Part shown: positions 50,201-64,000 of the stretch, in pieces
Position numbering within the stretch: the stretch's first letter is position 1
How the letters are laid out: every line of letters begins with the position of its first letter
Translations under genes and position numbers: made by a program
The notes under the pieces: model-generated
Database searches by the model: none
Seen by the model: only the letters and a program-made list of their open reading frames with translations
Told to the model about the DNA's origin: nothing
NCBI RefSeq assembly: GCF_052425735.1
Contig: NC_135767.1
Location: 19,158,001 to 19,222,000, forward strand
Length of the DNA stretch: 64,000 bases
Reading direction: 5' to 3'
DNA from: Oculina patagonica
Lineage: Eukaryota

Positions 50201-53200
50201 ACATAAGATGTTGACAAGGTGCGTGGAAGGGCAGAACCAGTAAATTTTGAAACAGAGGACCTATGCAACTGCAGCAGGATTGTGTTGTCATGGTAACCTA
50301 AGTGGGATGTAAAGATTTACCCCCCCCCCCCCAAAAAAAAAAAAAAAATTAAAAAATTAAAAACTCTAGGACTTCTATGATATATGCTACATGTATTTCT
50401 TGCATTTTGTTAACATTTGTGACCAAACATCGTCCCAACCCTAAAAACCCTCAGCAGAATATTTAGTACGTGCTTGCTTGAATTGTTCAAAATATGATTG
50501 CACTGCAGGCTACCTAAACAAAACGAAAATGAAACTAGAAGTGAAACTAAGTGATTTGCAATAGTCTATGATATTGTCAACACTACATCCATGGATGGAT
50601 TTTGTATCTTGTTCTTTATTGATAATTATTTATTAAAGTTGTTGTTGTTATTGAAGTTGGTGTATTTACCTGGTATCTGTTGGCTCAATTCTTACTTTAT
50701 CAAAAAGTTCATATTGAACATTGCTGGTTTCAAGAGACTCAATGGCTTGTTTGACAGGAGGCAAAGTCACCAACTATAATGAAAATAATAAAATAGTATT
50801 ACATGTATAGTTGCTTACTATAAAATACATACTGGACTAGCCCATTCCCCTTAAGTAAACTAAATCTCCAGGTCTTCTGGGTGGGTTGAAATTTCCCAAA
50901 CATGAAGATTAAACACTAACATGTAAAATATGTAGTTAGTACTATTAATACTGATTGGGAACTTTCAAGAGTATAATTTGTGATGTTTCTGAAGTTGATG
51001 TCTGCCATTTTAAGGCATTGCCAAGAGAAACCTTCATGCAACATTGAATCCTAATTACCCGGTATTAATTTATTATTATCTCTGGTCTAACTATAACTAT
51101 ATTTCAACTTATGTAAAATAGACTGTCCAATACTTTTAATATAATTAAGCTTATGTTTGTTAGTCAATAGTAGTGCTCATTTTTTAAATATTCCTCTTGT
51201 AAAATTAAAGAAATTTGACAAATTTGTACTTTATTGATCAAGTATTCTTTCATGTAAGAAATTTTGAGTTAATGAACACCATGTGATGTACCTTTTGATC
51301 TGTTATTACACAGACTTTCTTCAGGCCACGATTCTTAAAGTCCTGTCAAAACGCAAATTAAGACAGTCACCAGTTAAATAATCCAAAAGGAATTCTTTTA
51401 ATGTTTAAATAAGGAACATACTGGAAGTATTGGACTAAGTTACATGTACATAATGCATGTGTGCTTACCATGCCAACCTCCCTGGTGACTCCTTCACCAT
51501 ATCTGATGCTAGAATTTGCCACCTGATGTTCACAGAAAAAGAGAAAAGTTCAAGACAAAGTTAGACAGTTTACATATATATACAAAAAGACCCAGCTGCC
51601 ATAAAAAGAGATGGAGTTTTTATTAAAGTAGGGATCAATGTTACGTTCATTATTAACATCCCTACCTTGAAACATGCATAACATCAATTTTCTGTGGTAT
51701 GCAGACTGGGTCATGTATGAATAAAAAATATTTAGTATAGCCTCTAAAACAGCCCTATCTCTTTAAAAGAGGCCTTCCAAGGGGTAAAAGCGACAAGCAA
51801 TATTACCCTGATTACTGGCGACACAGGAACGTTTTAACAGCGACAAGCGACATCATTACAGCACTGAAATGCGACAGCGACACAATGCGACAGCAACACA
51901 ATAGGGGGAAAACGACAGTGACATTTACAGCTGTTGGCCAGGCACCATGGTTTCTCAAAAACATGTGACATTGCGACACGTCTACCCCCCTTGGAAGTCG
52001 TCATTAAACAAAGCAGTGACCGGACCTTTCCAACTCAAGTGCCCCACAGGGTTTTACATACTTACCTCAAATGCACACTCTGGCTCAACATGATCTTTTG
52101 CAGCAGATGATAGTCTTGGTACTAAAAGAACAAAAATGAGTTGAACTACCAATTGTGGGTTATTACATACTTTACAGCAGTAATGTACTTTTTAATTAAC
52201 TCTACTCTAAAGGAACCCAAAGAGTATGTAAAATAGCATCGACTCTAACAACACATCTAATATAAGTTATTCTACAATAAAGAAATTATTTTGAGGGTTA
52301 TTTTCACAGAAGTTGTACAACACACTGCAAACCTGGTGAAAAGGTTTGGGAATGAGCTGGACATCTGCACCTAATCGAAAAAAAAAATCAGAAAAAAATA
52401 GAGTTCATCATTGAAAAAAATTCTATTATCTTACCCAAAAGTAGACTCTGAAAAATCCCTCCTTTCACTTAGATTTCACATTTTTCTTGTTTTTACTAGG
52501 GTATCAATAGCATTTAGGTCTTAATTATGCACTTAACACTCCTGAGCTCTTCCCAGTGGGGTTGATTTCCCCCTTCCCCTCCTCCTCCTTTCCTCCTCAA
52601 ACTAGCTTCCAGTCCTCCCCCGCCCCCTCCACAGACATACACTGAAAAGAAGTCATGCCATATACGACTCCTCATCAAGCCACTTCTTACTATAACCCTG
52701 CATGCTGATCAGTGACCTTTTGTACCAGTCAAGCCGGGTAGACCCATGTCAATGTAAATCCCAGCCTAATCCCCACTCAAAGTACCACAACATTCCAGAT
52801 ATTTAGGCTAATGCCCTGCATGCTGATGCTGAGGCATAATGTATATGCCTAATGTCCTGATAATCCGCACATAGTCCCAGGGTTGAGGGGGGTGGGGGTG
52901 CGGTGATTAACATTGACTTGTGCATAACTTTTTGAAAACCTTGTGCATTTTTAGCATGGGATTGTACATGGAATTTATGCACTTTCAGGAAAATCATAAA
53001 GATTGATCTACCCTTTTTACAATTTCACTTGTCTACCTGGCCCCAGTTGTTCAAAGGGTAGATAACAGTATCCACCAGATAAATCACTATCTAGTGGAAA
53101 GCGCAGTTTGTTCTGTCAACACTCATCCGCTAAATAGTTATTTATCCGGTGGATGGCGTTATCCTCCCTTTGAACAACTGGAGCCTGAGGTGGACTTTAG

Positions 53201-53615
53201 GTTGGAGCTGGCGAAGCGTGCATTTATGAGTGGACCCGGATGTGGAGTACTAATATCTATCCCCACAAATAAACCCTCAGACCTGTGAGTATTTAGAGAA
53301 TTGTATTTAATTTGTCATCCATTTCTGTATCAAGTGAATTGATTAAAATATTTCAGTCACAACTGGTTTACTTTAGGGTTAGCTGTTCACGGTTTTGAGC
53401 CAGAACTTAGAAATATTCCTGCAGCACACCCCCTTCCCAAATCCAAATTTTTAGTATACGTACAGAGTATAAATATCGATCGGTGTAGCTAGCATATTTG
53501 CAGATAATATTAGAATAATATTTAAATATCCTTAATACGCAAGTAATGCTTACGATGCTGTTCCTACGAGCCTCATCAAACGAAATGCCTGCTCTCGGAG
53601 TGTGAGGGAAGCCAT
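44233..53615 (-). CDS. ADHFE1: Hydroxyacid-oxoacid transhydrogenase, mitochondrial (iron-containing ADH family), 472 aa, 15 exons
   Basis: Exons (minus): 53615-53554, 52370-52333, 52121-52066, 51522-51469, 51342-51292, 50773-50670, 49956-49760, 48952-48932, 48657-48601, 48144-48039, 47555-47403, 46589-46491, 46169-46091, 45295-45199, 44477-44233; total 1419 nt, open. Motifs [72 protein letters not shown]. Confidence 0.95.
44614..44945 (+). mobile_element. tRNA-headed SINE with CORE/MIR-like central segment
   Basis: Degenerate A/B boxes, then 'tgtgttgtgcttttgggcaagacacttaactctc...aaatgggtacc'. Same family as 57729-58020; fragments at ~47710 and ~55430. Confidence 0.8.
46348..46463 (+). repeat. 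(TGTC)n/(TGTGTC)n microsatellite
   Basis: Direct reading. Confidence 0.95.
46918..47314. mobile_element. Kolobok-like MITE in an ADHFE1 intron
   Basis: TTAG|agggactgtgtcac ... gtgacacagtccct|TTAA (TSD with one mismatch). Confidence 0.75.
53037..53187. mobile_element. ~150-bp MITE in ADHFE1 intron 1
   Basis: ctggccccagttgttcaaaggg / ccctttgaacaactggagcctg imperfect TIRs. Confidence 0.75.
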
Positions 53616-53782
53616 TGTTTGGTGTTGTTGAAACTTTTACCAGGCGCAAAGTAAACAGACTGATCTGGAGTAGAGACTGGGCGCCAGTTCGTGTCGCTTT
53701 AGTTTCCAGGTCCTTTCCGGTGTTGCATTCCAAGCCTGGTTACATGGCCTGGTTACTCAGTCCGTGGTGTTCAAGATTCAAG
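53616..53782. promoter_or_regulatory. Bidirectional promoter shared by ADHFE1 and METAP2
   Basis: 167 bp between divergent ATGs; ETS-like CCGGAA on the minus strand (~53715-53720); GCCTGGTTAC twice (53734, 53747); YY1-like AAGATGGCG overlapping the METAP2 start. Confidence 0.75.
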
Positions 53783-60883
<7,101 letters not shown>

Positions 60884-61082
60884 TAGTCTGTAGTTTCCTT
60901 TGCAGCCATTATTTTGATGTCACAAAACGGCTTGTCATGGTCACGCAACGCTTTGTCACGGTGGTAATGCAACGATTTTCCCCACTAACTTAATGGGGGT
61001 GGAAGTGCTCTGTGGCGCGCCAAATGACAAATGCAAAGAAGAGTAGCATGTCTGCTAAAAAGCAATAAACGTTGGTGCTTAA

Positions 61083-61722
61083 GGGACCGTTCATTTTTTT
61101 TTTTTTTTTTTTTGAGGTGGGGGGGAGCTGGCTGGTGGGATTTGAGGGGGGGGCAGCCCAAAAAATATGGCTTCAAAGGGGGGGCAGCCAAAAAAAATGG
61201 TCTGTAAGGGGGGGTCACTGAATGAGGGCTTCTGTAATAGTTAAAAATCTTGCCAGAATGCACAAAATAACATTCCTGAGGTTCAGAAATTCAAATTGTC
61301 CAGAGGGAGCATGCCCCCGGACCCCCATACTTTGTTATGTACCAAAGGCCATTAACTAAACCAAACAGCATATTGGTTACAACTGCAGACAAACCATACT
61401 AACAAACGGCATCCGCAAACAAACAGTTGAGGCAATGTCAGCTATTTGGGGGGATGTAGTTTGTCTTTTATTATGACTGAACAACTGATACATTCTTTAG
61501 TCATAAGGCTTGATAAATTTTAATTTTACTTGATTATTGGGTTTTTATTTATTAATTTTTTTTTGGGGGGGGGGGGTCATTGAGAAAAATTGGATTTCGA
61601 GGGGGGTGCAGGTAAAAATTTCCTATGAAGAAGGGGGGCCATTATATATAACAGTGTCTATCTTTCAAATCCCACCAGCCCCCCCCCCCAGCCCCCCCAC
61701 CCCACAAAAATTGAATGGTCCC
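61083..61722. mobile_element. PIF/Harbinger-type MITE (TAA TSD)
   Basis: TAA|gggaccgttcattt ... aattgaatggtccc|TAA. Confidence 0.8.
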
Positions 61723-62641
61723 TAACAGACAAAAACTTGGGAAATCTGAGAAAAGTTTACAGCATTCCCAAAACATTACAGCTGGTGCCTCTTCATTCCA
61801 AAACAAGTGGGCACCTTTTCTTAGGGGGCATTTTTCCAGGTCTCAGGAGTCCAGCCACATACAAGCACGAAAATTTTAAACCCCCAACAGGGTCCGAAAT
61901 TAAATTTTTTACATCGGCGCCACCTGGCGACCGGACCGAAAGTTTTAGTCGCCAGATGGCAACTTCTGGTCGCCAATGTTTTTCGATTGACTTTCCTTTT
62001 ACACTTAAAAGACGAAACACTTGTTCTTCTTGTGTATTTTTGGCCATTCATATGCTCAAAAACAGCTTACTTATACCACAAAACAACGGATGACAATCAC
62101 TCAAAGAAATGCTGTACCCGCCTATAAGTAGAGTCTTAAAAAGTCTTCTTTATCGAATGTTAACTCTCTAACATTTAAACGGAAAATACTTTACAGTCTT
62201 ACCCAAACATTCCGCTCTTTAATAATATAAAAAACATCATTTCCACCAACTTTCTGACATATTTCGACAGGTAGTTTTTCATTCAACACAGTGACAACAA
62301 GAACGTGTTGCGTTCGTGGAACGTCGTAGCTTAGTAGCCTGGCATGTAATTGGAAATGTCTAAATCTTCCACAAAGTTTTTTGCATCTGTAGCCTTACCA
62401 GTTTCAAGTAAATGACGGAAATATTTCAGCGTGTCCGCGGACATGACATCGCCAGAATAAATATTCATTGCATGGACCATTGGATGCGAAAGAAAGCACA
62501 TGTCTGGGCGCGCCTGCAATAGTGTCATGGGGAAAACCGCTGAGGAAAACAACATGGCGGCTTCGGCGGCTTGCAATGTTCGAATCGTGTTGATCGCGGT
62601 AGTATCGAAAACGAAGACCCCGAAAACGAAGACCTAAGACC

Positions 62642-62909
62642 TAAGACCCATACGAAAACTAAGACCCATACGAAAACTAAGACCCGTACGAAAACTAAGA
62701 CCCATACGAAAACTAAGACCCGTACGAAAACTAAGACCCATACGAAAACTAAGACCCGTACGAAAACTAAGACCCATACGAAAACTAAGACCCGTACGAA
62801 AACTAAGACCCATACGAAAACTAAGACCCATACGAAAACTAAGACCCGTACGAAAACTAAGACCCATACGAAAACTAAGACCCGTACGAAAACTAAGACC
62901 CATACGAAA
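62642..62909 (+). repeat. 18-bp minisatellite, 15 units, taagaccc(a/g)tacgaaaac
   Basis: Direct reading; flanked by related 'cgaaaacgaagacc' motifs. Confidence 0.95.
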
Positions 62910-64000
62910 CGAAGACCGTATATACGAAAACGAAGACCCGGCCAAAACCAGCGTTACCCAGAGTTGCGTGACATTAATAATAATGACAGAATAATATTGA
63001 AGCAGACTGAGCGTACTGAGAACGTACTACTGATCAAAAATCTAGACTTGATCGAAAACTAAAACCTGATCGAAAACGGTTGCTGCGTCACAGAAGAGAC
63101 AGCCAAAGTCTCCAACAGTAATGCACCGTATCGAAATCTTAACGCGCACAATACTTGCTTCAATAAACTTCGCTACCCGATTATTATTTCTCGCTTTACA
63201 TCCGCGTAGAAGGGTGCGGAGAGGGGGGGATATCCTCAATTCTCTTGTTTAAATATCCCGTGTCCCATTATTTTTTTCACAAATATCCCCTATCGATTTT
63301 CATAATGAAAAAAGAAATCCTGTATCCCTATAATTTTTTACCCAAATATTCCGTATCCGTAAAACCGATTCCATGCGAAATGGACTTAGCGATTGCAAAA
63401 ACCAACTAATAAACCAAAAAAAAAAAAAAAAACGGATCGAAAGCCTGTAATCATCTTTGCAGCTACAACTGTACTATTTCCTGAGAGGTCCGCTTAAAAC
63501 AAACAGGAGATGTCAATCACTTTTTTTAAGTTCACGCGGGGAAATTTGCAGAGTTCGCGCTGGCCGTATGATGGCGGCGTTCAAACTGCCGGTCTTGAGC
63601 ATTCCCAAATCTTCCTTGGTTACGGTTTTGCCTAGCTTTAGTTCCAGTAACATCATCAACAAGGAGTTAATTGTAGCGCGTAACGAGGCGTACTCACTTC
63701 AAAATTAAAGACAAATATTTGTAGGATTTCAATGAAACTTGATCGATACGTTCTCAGTACTCGTCTGCTTCAATGTTATTCTTATCCAACACTGATTCGT
63801 AGAGTACAAACATCGCGCAAAACGAGTACAAATGTCACTCGATATTTGTACTTGTCTCATTTCCCCGACCAAAAGATTAAAAACCTTGGCAAGTCATGTG
63901 TGACCTAGGCTCCCGCAGTGCTATCAGAATGGAATTTTGAAAAGGAACAGCATCTTTTCATTCCGTTTACGTGTTGAAATAACTGTAGCGTTCCATTTGT

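Noticed and set aside
62571-63062. 163-aa KTHTKT-repeat ORF and its antisense counterpart as real proteins
   Set aside because: A stop-free 18-bp minisatellite opens frames trivially. The ORF has a non-ATG start and lies in an intronic, repeat context.

Overview
Intron-rich, AT-rich animal genomic DNA. The repeat landscape suggests a cnidarian, probably a stony coral, but this is inference. Bases 1-42.5 kb hold a head-to-tail (+ strand) array of a three-exon gene: a signal-peptide exon, a ~49-aa linker exon, and a ~215-aa exon that begins with a fibrinogen-like 'C..L...SGVYWIDPDGG....FQAYCDQQTDGGGWTLV' module and continues in sequence I do not recognise. I reconstruct 4 intact copies (264-290 aa), 2 damaged copies, an orphan first exon and relics of deleted copies. 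The exon-3 framework is almost identical between copies even at silent sites. A ~30-aa Tyr/Ser/Asn-rich patch near the C-terminus differs in every copy, and 5' and 3' gene halves are combinatorially assorted. This is the best candidate for an undescribed system: a recombination-diversified family of secreted recognition proteins. The array is full of non-autonomous DNA transposons, including a 2.1-kb foldback element with a 5S rRNA-derived sequence in each arm. Bases 44-64 kb hold a complete 15-exon ADHFE1 (- strand) head-to-head with the first 10 exons of METAP2 (+ strand), with 167 bp between the start codons. There is a 171-N gap at 40706-40876. All alignments were done by eye.
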